From: Eledone cirrhosa
Taxonomy: Eukaryota
DNA length: 64,000 bases
Direction: 5' to 3'
Assembly: GCA_964016885.1 (NCBI GenBank)
Contig: OZ024740.1
Location: 175,708,001-175,772,000 of the forward strand
The notes below the pieces were generated by a model. That model was not told the origin of the DNA and did no database searches. It saw nothing but the letters and a program-made list of their open reading frames with translations. A program made the position numbers and the translations under genes. Each line of letters begins with the position of its first letter. The first letter of the stretch is position 1. Positions 28,600 through 41,723 of this stretch are shown here, in pieces.

Positions 28600-29500
28600 A
28601 TTGAGAGTATCTCTTTTCTCGTAACAATATCAGAGGCCGACTTCCCCCAAAATGTAGTATTGATTTTATCAAAATAGCAATGCAGTGGACACAACTTTTT
28701 CAGTGAGGCAATTAGTAGAAAAGTAAAAATAACAGCTTTTATTTCTACTTCATTTTGTCGACCTCATCAAGATAATTGCCGTAGACAGTACATACGCCTT
28801 CTTGTATACCTGTGCAAAGTTCATACAACGTAGTCACTTGCAGGATGGTTTGATACGCCCATTACTCTACAATACCCAGTTGTTTGATTCCTATCAGATT
28901 TCTTTTAATGTATAGAGGACTGTGTCTTAACTTTCGTTTTATTAAAATATTCCTTGACTATGATATTAAGCGGAAAACAATGGATCTTCATGGGCTACCT
29001 AATCTGATCATCTAGGAGTGATGCCTCACATTTCTTTCAGAAAAGAATTCAGCTTTCTATGAGAAAGTAGAACTGTGTTCTACAACCTAACATTACAATT
29101 GATACTGTAAAAATGAAATTGTAAGGAATTTCAAGTATTTTAGAATTATGGCATTCAGTGAGGCCTCCCTTACAAAGAGATCTCAATCGGTAAAGATCGC
29201 CAAGTTGTTTCTCTCTGCAACAATATACTCATCAAATGCTTATTCTGGGGATTTAGTTTCATTGGGTCAACCAGGCCTCCAAGATGGAAAGTATTTCTGT
29301 AGACTCTACTTCAGGAAATATTGACATAGAGCATGGATAACTTTAATAAGTAACTGAAGTGAAAGTGTGTAAATTGGTTTCAAGTTCACTCAAATAGCCA
29401 TAATATTATCTCTTAGTGCTACTAGATATACTTTGCAAGCCTTCTAATTTTTCTGCATGTAGCCACACCTACCATTTTTCGTGTTTTCTATAAATATCCT
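28600..29500 (-). pseudogene. Possible very degenerate LINE RT fragment
   Basis: Weak KAFD-like and PLFxxNII-like segments on the minus strand. Confidence 0.25.
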
Positions 29501-30336
29501 ACTTTCTCAACATTTTCTGTAATAAGTTTTCTGTTTTTCTTTTCTTTTGAGTTTTAAATACTTATCATCCTAATGGCTGTAAATGGGCAGAATCGGTAGA
29601 CAATCAGGGCCAAATCGCTTTCGGTGTTTAGTTACGAATCTATACATTCTGACATTCTGTTTCAAATACCAGTTCCAGTTCCTTGCGTTCTGAGTCAAAG
29701 TTGCACTCTGACATAACTAGTTGGCATGTTTAAATCATAACTTGGTCTTTGTTTACCTTTAGCCGTGTCCACTCTGTTACAAGGATTTGGACCAAGTCTC
29801 CACTTTGAGGATACATTCCTTCCTCTCTTTTCCATCAGATTCGAAGGTCATGAACTAACAATAAAAACAACCACAATTCAATTCTACTTTTTATCATTTA
29901 AACATTAATTAAATACCAGTCAGGAATTGGGCTTGGTCATAATCAACAATACATCCGCCAAAATTTGCAGAACGTACTTACAATGCAATCAATATTTGCC
30001 ATCACATATTCATCGAGTTTTCACGTATTTACATATAATTTTATGCGACAATAAACTAATGAAATAAATAATGATTTCTAGAATGTTTGATAGAAAGCCA
30101 AAGATTATTGAGGAGTGAAAGATTGATTAAAATCTGCTTCAGTACTAGAGTAGTATATTTTTTCTTTTTTTACATTTATCAAGATTCCGGAAAAATGAAA
30201 GACAAAAAATAACAATAGTGGAACGAAAATAATTAAATAAACTATGTTTTCCATTTGACGCGGCCACAAGCCTGCAAACGGCCACCTAAAGTAGCAATTA
30301 GAACGCAGCAAAGCGTACATCGTCCTCCGATCTTAC

Positions 30337-30578
30337 CCTGTAGAGAGTGTTCAACACAGAAGAGCGACTGTGCCACTTGTCTTTACTTGCGTCTGGTAAA
30401 AAAAAGAGCCGGTGAAGTCTCACACATGGCGCCAACAAAACTAGTCTCGTAGGAAAACACAAGCCAACGTTACAGTCCCGTATCGTTACGCCGGTTTTCT
30501 TACAGATGTGCTGCACAATGTTTTGCGTCCGGGAAGCAGCATCCTTGCTCAGAAAGTGGGAACATTGATAATGTAAAC
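30337..30578 (-). other. Candidate host exon (242 bp, one open frame)
   Basis: Acceptor ccttttctctgtcaccttgtgtgtAG, donor CAGG/GTAAGA, locally higher GC; within ORF 30298-30588. Confidence 0.35.
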
Positions 30579-31049
30579 CTACACACAAGGTGACAGAGAA
30601 AAGGTCGACGGTATATACGACTCAATTGGAGCCAGTACACTGTCTTTCAATCTATTAGAGATGACCACTAAATATCTACTAAATCACCCATACCGTCTTT
30701 AGAAAATGGAAGGGCAGAATGATTACAGTTGAAATGTTTTCGTTCACTGGTATTCTGGAAATAAACTACAACAGAATAAATCTATTGACATATTATACAA
30801 TAAGAATATATATATATGAAAAAAATGAAATTTCATTTCTCACTCTTAGTACGGCTGATACTTAAATATAAGTATGTATACGTACATACATATATGTATA
30901 CAGACGTACAGTAGTATGTATGTATATACATACATGTATGTATATACATACATGTATGTATATACATACTATTGTACGTCTGTATACATATATGTATGTA
31001 CGTATACATACTTATATTTATATAAAATTTATATATATATATATATATA

Positions 31050-31132
31050 GCAAAAAGTATCACCCCGACGGCAAAGCTCAAGCCGTTTCGACGGCTAATT
31101 CTGGACTCAAATTTAGACTCAAATTCAGAATA
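31050..31132 (-). mobile_element. PLE 3' terminal fragment of the same family as 7644-7710
   Basis: cccgacggcaaagctcaagccgtttcgacggctaattctggact vs cctgacggcagagctcaagccgtttccacggctatttctggact; between TA runs. Confidence 0.8.
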
Positions 31133-31156
31133 TATAAATATATATATATATATATA

Positions 31157-32237
31157 ACTTTTCTTAATTTGTTTAGCAAGATTCTTTATCTGAAAACGTG
31201 TGTTGAAACCGATATTGTTATACTTTGGGAGGGTCATGTTGCCAATAAGAAACACACGCACCATTTGCATTCACTCCAATTTATTATAAATTAAATTATA
31301 AATTTAAGAAATTTATAAATTTCCGGTTGGTTGGTTGGTTCCACAACCGGACGGTTGTTCATATATTGTCAAAGTTCTTTCGTCACACATTCTGTGACCT
31401 CATCAGTGTGACCGGGAATTCTTTTTTTTGTTTTGTGCCTCTCCTTTGTTCTGTCCTACACCATCTTGTTTTTGTGCGTTGTGTGCTTAGTTTGTGCATG
31501 TGTTACATCCAGGTGTCTGTGTGTGTTTTTATTTGTTTTTTTATTTGTTTATTTACATGTTACTAGTTGGTTGTTTGTTCTATATGTGTGTGTTTTCATT
31601 TTGTCCTTAATTGTAAGTTGTGATGTTGCTATTCCATTCATGTTTTCTATTTAATTTTGGTTGGAGTTCATTCATGTTTATTGCCTCTGTGATTTGTCTA
31701 AACATTGCGTCTTTTCTGTGTATAGATATTATTTTATTTCTATGTTCTCTAATTTGCCCTTATGTTCTATTTTAGCATGTTGGTGGAGTACTGATGATTC
31801 TTTTCTATCTTGCAGCTCTCGCCAGTGTTCATTTAATCGTCCTCCTATACTACGAGCTGTCTCACCTATGTACACTATATTCTTATCTTTACATTGTCCC
31901 TCAGTACATTTTATGCTATATACTAAACACACACAGATACCCGGATGTAACACATACGCAAACTAAGCACGCAACACACACAAAAACAAGATGGCGTAGG
32001 ACAGAATAAACGAGAGGCACAAAACAAAGAAAAGAATCCCCGGTCAATGATGAGATCACAGAATGTGTGACGAAAGAACTTTGACAATATATGAACAACC
32101 GCTCGGTTGTGGAACCAACCAGCCAACCGGAAATTTATAAATTTCTTAAATTTATAATTTAATTTATAATAAATTGGAGTGAAAGCAACTGGTGCGTGTG
32201 TTTCTTATTGGTAACATGACACTCCCAAAGTATAACA
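31157..32237 (-). mobile_element. Truncated PLE (family B): GIY-YIG C-terminus with ~310 bp inverted pLTR arms, each carrying an HHR
   Basis: ORF 31729-31953 LVYSIKC..YIGETARSIGGRLNEH, continuing after a frameshift as DAMFRQITEAIN..LNRKHEWN; 31216-31525 is the reverse complement of 31923-32237; TA runs at both ends. Confidence 0.92.
31368..31413 (-). ncRNA. Hammerhead ribozyme motif (copies at ~32043-32085 + and ~37978-38020 +)
   Basis: CTGATGA-G-GTCACA-GAATG-TGTGAC-GAAA-GAAC-TT-TGAC. Confidence 0.75.
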
Positions 32238-32248
32238 CTATATATATA

Positions 32249-32907
32249 TTTAAAGTGCTGAAATCGGTGCACACGGATCAGCGAAACTGCAGTCGGGACT
32301 TCGATGAAAAAATAGGTATATTTTTGTCTATTATTTCCTCATATTTTGTAATTTGTTAAATAGCTCTGATTATGGAGTTGATTTAATTATTTTAGTTATT
32401 TTAACTCTTTCGGTCATCGAGCAAAACTTGTTAAGGCGGACACCACACACACATATACATATGAATATGTGTGTGTATTTCATTATGTCCCAAACTCCTC
32501 TATGGTCGAGCTAACCACGAGTGTATTAACTGCTTTTTCTAACAAATACGCTATTCGCTCACTGTCCACCTTACTACCCTTCTGTGACCACTGTATCATG
32601 TGTTTATCTCTCTCCTCGCCTCTCGAGAAATTCTCACTTGCTACGATCGAAACAATCCTTTTATTTTACCATTGTATCACGTGTTAATCTCTCCCTCCGC
32701 CTCTGAGACTTTCTCACTTGCTATAAACGCGTCGGGAAACAGTCCTTTTTTCTGAGGGGTCTCTTGATAAGCCGTATTAACCTCACAACGATGATGCACA
32801 TTTAAAGTGCAGATATCGGTGCACACGGATCGGTGAAACTGCAGTCAGGACTTTGATGAAAAAATAGGTATATTTTTGTCTATTGTTTCCTCATATTTTG
32901 TAATTTT
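32249..32907 (+). mobile_element. Short element with ~105 bp direct terminal repeats (pLTR-like) carrying HHR remnants; no coding sequence (retrozyme-like)
   Basis: 32249-32355 repeated at 32801-32907; both contain GAAA-CTGCAG-TC-RGGAC; flanked by TA runs. Confidence 0.7.
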
Positions 32908-33039
32908 ATATATATATATATACATACATACATATGTATATATCTATATCTATATCTATATATATATGATGGCTGCCATCTCGTTATCGAGTATGGCCAT
33001 TGCATGATATACCATTATTAATTATTATTATTTAATTCT

Positions 33040-33577
33040 ATCGTGCAATGCATGTGCGTGAAGATATTTTTTGAAGTGAGGAAAGACTGTGCACTGAGCC
33101 AATCCCACTCTCTGAGCGACAGTAGCTATAACCCGAAAAGAAGAAAAGATCTACATCATCGGTAACTACTGAGCCGCAGGTTTTATATCGGAGTTATCCC
33201 AGTTTCCTGAGTTGCCTTCTCCTAGAAGAACACCCTGACAAAGGCTAGGGGTCCTTCACTTCCAGTGGTTTAACCGCTCGATCGGGTGTCCAGCCCGACT
33301 ATTTCTATGTCCCCGCGCATATACATACACATACACCCATGTATATACACATATACATATACATATGTACATGTGAATATACATATTTACACACTTTTGG
33401 ATGGCCGTTGATCCTTATGAATTCTTCCGCCCTTTGTCAGGTTTTGTTTTTTGTCCTGCAGGGTGTCCAAAATTACCCTCCTCACCAAGTAAACTTGGTG
33501 GGTTCCCGGTTTAGTCACCAACGACCCGACCATGCGACAGGTTGTTCTGGGTTACATGTTATCAGTAGCACTTAAGA
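33040..33577 (-). mobile_element. Dispersed repeat, same family as 13416-13870
   Basis: Shared ccaatcccactctctga, ggatggccgttga and gggttacatgttatcagtagca segments. Confidence 0.75.
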
Positions 33578-33778
33578 GTATACATATACATACATACATA
33601 CATTACATACATACATACATACATACCGTATATATAACCAAAGATTAATATGGTTCATTGATTACTCAATGAATACAGTTTTACAATAGATTAAAAGCAC
33701 TCAACGGCAAAGTTATCCTGGAGTTTTTAATATTATTCAAAATATTAACAAATGAAGATATTCATATAATAAAAATAT

Positions 33779-34050
33779 ATGCTTTATTATATATATTTCG
33801 AAGGTACTGTGTTGTTTTTTTTCAAGTACGTCCTCGTCAGAGAAAATATATGATTTGATATATGATATACCTCTGCGGTCTTCATATTTCAATTCCAGTA
33901 TTGGCAGTATTGGAATTGAAATGCCAATACTGGAATTGAAATATCAAGACCGTAGAGGTATGTCATATATCAAATCATATATTTTATCTGACGAGGACGT
34001 ACTGCAAAAAACAACAACACAGTACCTTCGAAATATATATAATAAAGCAT
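33779..34050. mobile_element. Fold-back element (~130 bp arms) with an HHR in each arm
   Basis: 33779-33907 is the reverse complement of 33921-34050. Confidence 0.9.
33983..34046 (+). ncRNA. Type I hammerhead ribozyme motif (mirror copy at 33783-33845 on minus)
   Basis: TTTAT-CTGACGA-GGACGTACTG..CAGTACCTTC-GAAA-TATATA-TA-ATAAA. Confidence 0.85.
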
Positions 34051-34071
34051 TATGTGAATATCTTCATATAT

Positions 34072-34144
<73 letters not shown>

Positions 34145-34496
34145 GAAAACGAAAAATCGTTTTCTATTCTACCATACTCTGCTCTGTAAGAGCATAGAGT
34201 GCTCAACCGGCATACCGCCTATGGAAGCATCTTAGCTACCACCAGACACACACACATACACACACGCACATACATAGCGTGTATATATAGCTCATGTGAA
34301 TTAGATACATGCAAAGGCGGTAGTATGAACAATATCATTTTATTCAAGTTTTGGGAAACAACGCTAATGCAGAAAGGTGTAGTTTTTCCTTGATAGTCAA
34401 TTGGAGAGAACAACACACGGACTCATGTGCGGCGCGCACTCATACACACACATGTGCGCGCACTCACACACACACACACACACACACAGACACGCG

Positions 34497-34593
<97 letters not shown>

Positions 34594-36339
34594 ACACACA
34601 CACACACACACACACATGCACCTTTATTAACTGTAATTAATCTGCATCAAAATTCTGTCAGATTTTATATTTGCAAATTTATTTATAGTTCTTCTACGTG
34701 CTGCCATGCTATCTTTCCAGAGGCGTTGTATCAGGAGAAAATTTATAAGAAAAACAAAACAAATCAATTTACTTTGTGTCAGTCAATAGCCAAGTAGCAG
34801 CTTGAGGAAGATGTGTAATTTGAACCTTACTGTTGTAACGGATGCCAAAGCAATCCAAAACAGGATAAAGAGATTCTCAGTCAACACACTGTATGTAGCC
34901 GTCTGCGGGAGATTTTAATATATTGGTACCGTTTGTAAATTGTCTTATTATAGAATAGAAATTAGAGTGTTTGCAATGTCCGTACGTAACAGTGGTAGAG
35001 ATGATAGTTAGCCAGTAGTTGGAGGTGGTGCCACCTTGGCTGCGTTTTTGAATGTAAATGGGCGTCTTATCCGAGAAAGAAAAAAAAAACCGCTGGTCGA
35101 TTGAAAATGTATTTGGTGATTACATTTGATTTATATCGGCTTTTGTGTGGTATTTTCAGGGATATTGCTTCTCGCTAATCATTGTACTGATATCACGCAA
35201 ACATTTAGCATTTATTTCGTGCCTTTACGTGAAAACTGGTTGGCTTAACTGACTTAAAAGAAAATTGCGAACGAATGTTTGTAATACACTAGACACTTCA
35301 ATGTTGTTCAAAGTTACGTTCGAAGAATAACTAAATGTGTTTTGGTTCGAATATTCCGTGTTGCAAAAATTAAGAATTGTAATTTTGTTGGTGCATTTTA
35401 ATTTTGTTTATATCAAGATATCTAAACAGTGGTGTAACTTTCCATTTCACCATATGGCCATTTGCAGATTTTAAGAAATCGATAAATACTTTGGTGTTTA
35501 ATCAGCGATTTTTATGCGTTCACTTCAACCTGTGAATCTAATTTGAAGTGTTAATAAATTAGTGCAAACACAAAATCGATCAAACGTTAATAGGTAGTAT
35601 CATGTCTCTCATCTTTCTCATCATTCAGGACTCTTTGTTTCTCTTTGTGTGTTGGACGGTGATCTTCTTGAAGAGTGAAGATATGTGGCTTAATGGTTAG
35701 GGTGTTCGGCTTACTATCGAGTTTTGGACCACGCGTAGCATCTTTGCGTAGGACACTTTATTTCATGTGGATTTAGTCAATTCAGCTGGCACAAACAGAA
35801 TGTCCCTGTAATTCAAAGAGCCAGCCTTATTATGGTTTCTATTATTGTTGTCATCGGTGCTGGTTCTTGCATTCTTACTATTGCTGCATATGTTACTCGT
35901 GGTGCATATGTTACAGTCAGTAGCATAGTTGGGAACAACAAGAATGCTATTCCTCAGTTGGCTGCTACATACAAAGGTACCTCCACATGGTCACTAAATC
36001 TGCTAGAAAAACAGCCACATCTCCATCACATCACACTTCAATCTTTATAAGCAATGGACACATTGGATAATGTGGCAATAGATACATTTTGAAAAAAAAA
36101 AAAATAAACACGATAGTTAGAGTTGGACCGCTTTTGATCATATGTTTGTTCGATCAGACGATCAAGGATAACCTTTATTTAAACATCTAGCGAGAGAGTC
36201 TCTACATAATGACTCCACACTCCTTTAACTATATCATCATCTGCTATACTCTAACAGAGAACATGGTTGTCCTGGGAGTAAAATACCCTGTGAGTGCTTG
36301 CTTACTTGCTTTTTTTCGCACAGCGCGGCTAGATAGATA

Positions 36340-36397
<58 letters not shown>

Positions 36398-36769
36398 GAG
36401 AGAGAGAGATCACAGTTCTTGACTGATACCTTGTTGACCCACAAAGGTAACCCCGGCACTATTTGAACTCAGAACGCAGAAAGCCGGTACAAATACTAGG
36501 AGACAATATTCAACAATAACGATTTTTCCAATTTCCCTTTTGTAACTGCAACTTTAGTGAAGTATTAACAGCTTTTTACTGCAATCCTCCTTGGGAACTG
36601 TCATGGCAATTTTAATTTCCATGTTGTGTTCATCTGGATTACTTTATGTTTGAAATAAAACACATTATTAAGGGAAGAAACAAAAAGAAATGAAGATAAG
36701 AAAAAGAAGAAAAAGTAATCGAGCAACGAAAGAAAGGGAAAGTGAGAGCCGCAGACACTACACCTCAGT

Positions 36770-37020
36770 CTGACCGCTTCTTCAAAGGCATTACCGCGGA
36801 GAATAGCCAGAGACATCCGCTGCAACAGCCACCCCACCTTACGGGCTCCCTCCTCAAGCGGGTCGCTGTCTTTCCGACTTTTCGGCGGAAATCAGCAGTG
36901 CGGGGACGAAGGACGCCTGAGGTCTTACCTTATGTCTCGACGGAGACAGATCAAAGTGGAAGCGGTTGGCTAGGCCCCAGCATTTGACTTTCATATGCCA
37001 TATCAGTTTGGGCGAGGTCT
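36770..37020 (-). mobile_element. CRE-clade non-LTR retrotransposon 3' fragment (RLE C-terminus)
   Basis: GWLLQRMSLAILRGNA matches the CRE terminal motif QRxSxAxxRGNA. Confidence 0.75.
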
Positions 37021-37119
37021 CTTAATCAGTTATCATTTAGGAATATATACATGATGTGTGTCATCTTTTTGTGTGGTTCACTGAATTTTTCTGCTGTTTG
37101 CGAGCATATATATATATAC

Positions 37120-37193
<74 letters not shown>

Positions 37194-37198
<5 letters not shown>

Positions 37199-38147
37199 AA
37201 AATAGAACGGGAACAAAACAGAGAGGCAGTACGAACAAAGGTTTATTAGTTTCACGCTCTTGAGAGTGGGGGGAGGGGACGACGTTTCGGGCATAAGCCC
37301 TTCTTCAGGCGAAAAGTGGGTGGGAAGAGAGCTCCGATGGTCTGTAGAGGAGTGGGGGAGAGACATTTAGAAAAAGGGGGCGGGGGCGGTGGACGGGGTA
37401 CAAATAAAAATAAAAAATATATAAAAAATAAAAATAAACATGAAGATAAACAAGTGGTGGAAGGGTGTACGGCGTATAGGGGTGGTGGCGGGTGGAGTGG
37501 GGAGAGGGAGGCGGGGTGTCTGAGCGGGGAGGGCTGAAGGTGGTGTATGTGTGTAGGTGTACGTGTGTGTGCGTGTATGTGAATGTGAGAGTTGGGGGAA
37601 GAACGCGGTTCCATGTTGAGGAAAAGGTCTGTGTGGGGTGTGGTGTCGGTCGGTGTACGTGTGCGTGTGGAGGGGGGGGGGGGTCAGAGAGGTGGGGGGG
37701 GGATTCCGGACGTTGAGTGTGTATATATGTGGGGGTACGCACATGTGTGTGGTGTTTATACGTTTTGTGGATGTAGGTGGCGTGGTTCGGAAAAAAATGT
37801 TGTGAGTGTATGTCTGTGGATAATTCGTTTTTGAATTTGTTTTGCGAGATTTCTTATCTGAAAACGTGTGTTCAAACGGATATTGTAATACTTTGGGAGG
37901 GTCATGCTCCGAGAAAAACACACGCACCTGTTGTTGGTTTTGGACAGAACAAAGGAGAGACACAAAATAAAAACCTATTCACTGAGGAAGTCACAGAATG
38001 TGTGACGAAAGAGTTTTGACAATATATAAACAACCTCCCGGTTATCGAACCAACCAACCAAACAACCAACCGTAAACTTATATTAAATTGAAGTGAAAAC
38101 CAACAGGTGCGTGTGTTTTTATTGGTAGCATGACCCTCCCAAAGTAT

Positions 38148-38150
<3 letters not shown>
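37194..38150. mobile_element. Composite PLE remnant: family B ORF start and inverted pLTR joined to a different HHR-bearing 3' end
   Basis: 37830-37935 matches 31165-31262; plus arm 37941-38150 matches 31999-32237; left part has an unrelated HHR and AATAAA; TA runs on both sides. Confidence 0.75.
37278..37312 (-). ncRNA. Minimal PLE-type hammerhead ribozyme motif
   Basis: Minus strand CTGAAGA-A-GGGC-TTAT-GCCC-GAAA-CG-TC. Confidence 0.85.
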
Positions 38151-38186
<36 letters not shown>

Positions 38187-38329
38187 AAATTAGATTTCGC
38201 TCTAACATAGCGGATACGTAAATGCATTCGTAAGTTTTATATCGACTAATAATATTCGATTCGTTTGCAAGCCAACAGCCTCAATATGCTATGTATTTTG
38301 TTCTAGCAGTTACAGAGAGAAACAATCGA

Positions 38330-38520
38330 CGGCAGTATCGGTAGAGGGTCGGATGCCATGCTTTGCAGCAACGAATTGCGGCCTTTTATGATCTGAGTTC
38401 AAATCCCGCCGAGGTTACCTTTGCCTTTCATCCTTACTGGGTCGATAAAATAAAGTACCAGTAATGCACTGGGATAATTGCTGACCTTGTGCCAAAAGTA
38501 GAAAAGTAGAAACAATAATA
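38330..38520 (+). mobile_element. tRNA-derived SINE (same family as 20905-21092)
   Basis: ggcagtatcggtagagggtcgga..gagttcaaatcccgccgagg..aaagtaccagtaatgcactggg. Confidence 0.9.
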
Positions 38521-38538
38521 TTATTTCTGTGTTATTTG

Positions 38539-38579
<41 letters not shown>

Positions 38580-38946
38580 AAATTTTCTGCATTAAGGTCT
38601 CGGCTTCCTGCCAGGAGTTCGCTGTTTATAATCGATCTATTGCATCTGATATAGTACTTTCAGAGTAGTTCTTTCATTCCAAAGTGTCGAATCTGTTTAC
38701 CGTTATTGTTCCCTCGATATCTATGCACCACATACGTTTCCAATTTCTTTAATTTTATGCTGATGTGATTGTCAGTATTTACCAAGTTCCCCTACCTCAT
38801 CCTTTCCGAAGTAGTTTATGTCAAGCCCAAAAGCCACATTAATGTCACAGATTTGATATTTTACAATTTTGAAAAAAATTGTTCAGCTGTGTCTCGAACT
38901 TTTTGCATAAATTCATGTCATACACACACACACACACACACACACT

Positions 38947-39004
<58 letters not shown>

Positions 39005-39614
39005 AACTGACCGTGGACTCTTCGCCTTCCTAGGGTCAAGCGTACAATTTATGACAGGATTAAATGTCGCAAGAACAATACTGAACAGAAATTATAGGCG
39101 AGTTTTTTTACGTGAAATGTGTCAAATTTCTTGTATTTTGCTCTCCATTTTGGAACGGTACATTTTCTGAATTGTATTATCACTGGTAACAATACCTCAA
39201 AGATCCATGAATGCACACTTTCTTTTATAGTAGTCATGCGACCCGTTTGGCTTTCTGAATGACTCGTCTAATTTTGAAGTGTCTTGAATTGTTTAGTAGC
39301 GCATATGACCATCTACAACAGTCTGCTGTCTTTTAATATTGTTTGGTTTATCATAAGTTTATCAGTAGTTAGCCTCTGCTACCATAAGAGCCCAGGCTGC
39401 TACTCTTCTGTTCGTAAGCTAGAAGAAAATTATATCTATAGAGATCTTATTATAGTGCCTTGCTTCTTGTCAATGTCAGGGTCTTGTAGAAGTTAGACAT
39501 ATATGTGATTGGACTGTCGTTTGTTGGGTTGCCCGCCTCTGTAGTCTTTGATACGATAATTGTTTATCCTTGTGATAGCTATTCTTAACTATACAGTCAT
39601 GATTAGATAATTAT

Positions 39615-39841
39615 CTTCTTCTTCTTCTTCTTCTTCTTCTTCTTCTTCTTCTTCTTCTTCTTCTTCTTCTTCTTCTTCTTCTTCGTCTTCTTCTTCTTCT
39701 TCTTCTTCTTCTTCTTCTTCTTCTTCTTCTTCTTCTTCTTCTTCTTCTTCTTCTTCTTCTTCTTCTTCTTCTTTTTCTTCTCTTCTTCTTCTTCTTCTTC
39801 TTCTTCTTCTTCTTCTTCTTCTTCTTCTTCTTCTTCTTCTC
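39615..39841. repeat. (TTC)n microsatellite forming the tail of a minus-strand RTE fragment
   Basis: Direct reading; adjacent to the RTE 3' end at 39850-40110. Confidence 0.95.
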
Positions 39842-39849
39842 CACTTATT

Positions 39850-40110
39850 ACTTGGAGGATCGTCGGGGTGTGTAGAGTATCAAGCAAGCCATCCAGCGGA
39901 TCCTGTCAGAAACAACTTCTTCCAGGTGGTCCGGCTGGATCCGCAAGCGAGAGCAGCCTAGCTCATTGATGTTATCCACCTATCTTGCTTAAGTTTAGCT
40001 CTGGATCTCTTTCTGATTGGGTTTGCCCGAAAAATCTGTCCAGCAAAATTTTCCTTAGACATTCTGACCAGATGACCGTAATATCGGAGTTGTAATCTTT
40101 CAGTATATAC
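39850..40110 (-). mobile_element. RTE-clade LINE 3' fragment (same family as 19030-19430)
   Basis: Shared gctcat..gatgttatcca, aaaatctgtcc and atcggag.tgtaatct; encodes LQLRYYGHLVRM. Confidence 0.8.
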
Positions 40111-40846
40111 AAGCTATTTTTACGTGGTTTATTATTTTCCTAATTTTACGGCTAGTCACCTTGGATGCAAAGAATCAAAAGCGTTTACTTCTTTATGTAA
40201 TTCGATATTTCTCGCGAATGTAAATTTCTGACTCATGGGTGCTCTAAAGTTGCTGAAGGGGAGTTAACATTCATATGATATAATGGGAAGATTTGTATCC
40301 AAAAAATATATATCATAAATATTCATAGAACATGTTTATGTTATGTGATGAATTTTATCAGTTTTTTATTTTGATAAAGCACTATAAGGAATTATATAAT
40401 ACACGCAGATATGCACGTATAACATATATGTGCATTTTATATTTTATACAAAGGAAAATTAGTTAATTAGAAACATAAACGATAATCCTGTATTTGTCGA
40501 TATTGTTGTGCAATAATAATATTTTTATAATAATAATTTTATAAATTGTTATGAGAATTTTTTTTATAGGCTGTGATAAGAATGCTAGGCAAATTCACTA
40601 ATTTCTGCTATAATGTCATGTTGACTAAAATATTGTGAGTCGAATTTTGGAGACACCTCAATGATATGTATATATATATATAACATAGAAATGGCTTCTA
40701 CAGGATTAGAACTGTTTCATGATGATTTCCTCCGAATGAAACAGTTCTTATAAACCATTTTTATATTAAATATGTATACTCTGCTATACATCGAGTACCT
40801 TACTTACTGTGGTTACCCCCGATTGAACCCAGGATAAACACACAGA

Positions 40847-41325
<479 letters not shown>

Positions 41326-41407
41326 ACTTATATTTGAGCTCGGAAGGAAATTCTCTATTCTTCTTTGAGCTAATAATACTATTATTATTACTCTTAATTC
41401 CGATTTT

Positions 41408-41479
<72 letters not shown>

Positions 41480-41491
41480 CATATATGATGC

Positions 41492-41568
<77 letters not shown>

Positions 41569-41580
41569 CATATATGATGC

Positions 41581-41629
<49 letters not shown>

Positions 41630-41680
41630 CATATATGATGCGTATATATATATATATATATACTCATCAAATATGTATAT

Positions 41681-41722
<42 letters not shown>

Positions 41723-41723
<1 letters not shown>

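Noticed and set aside
31620-31953. Selenoprotein-encoding (Naiad-type) PLE
   Set aside because: No in-frame TGA at Cys positions seen, and GIY-YIG is C-terminal here
38330-38410. tRNA-like sequences here and in other SINE heads
   Set aside because: A/B boxes are present but they run into a shared SINE body and lack a complete cloverleaf
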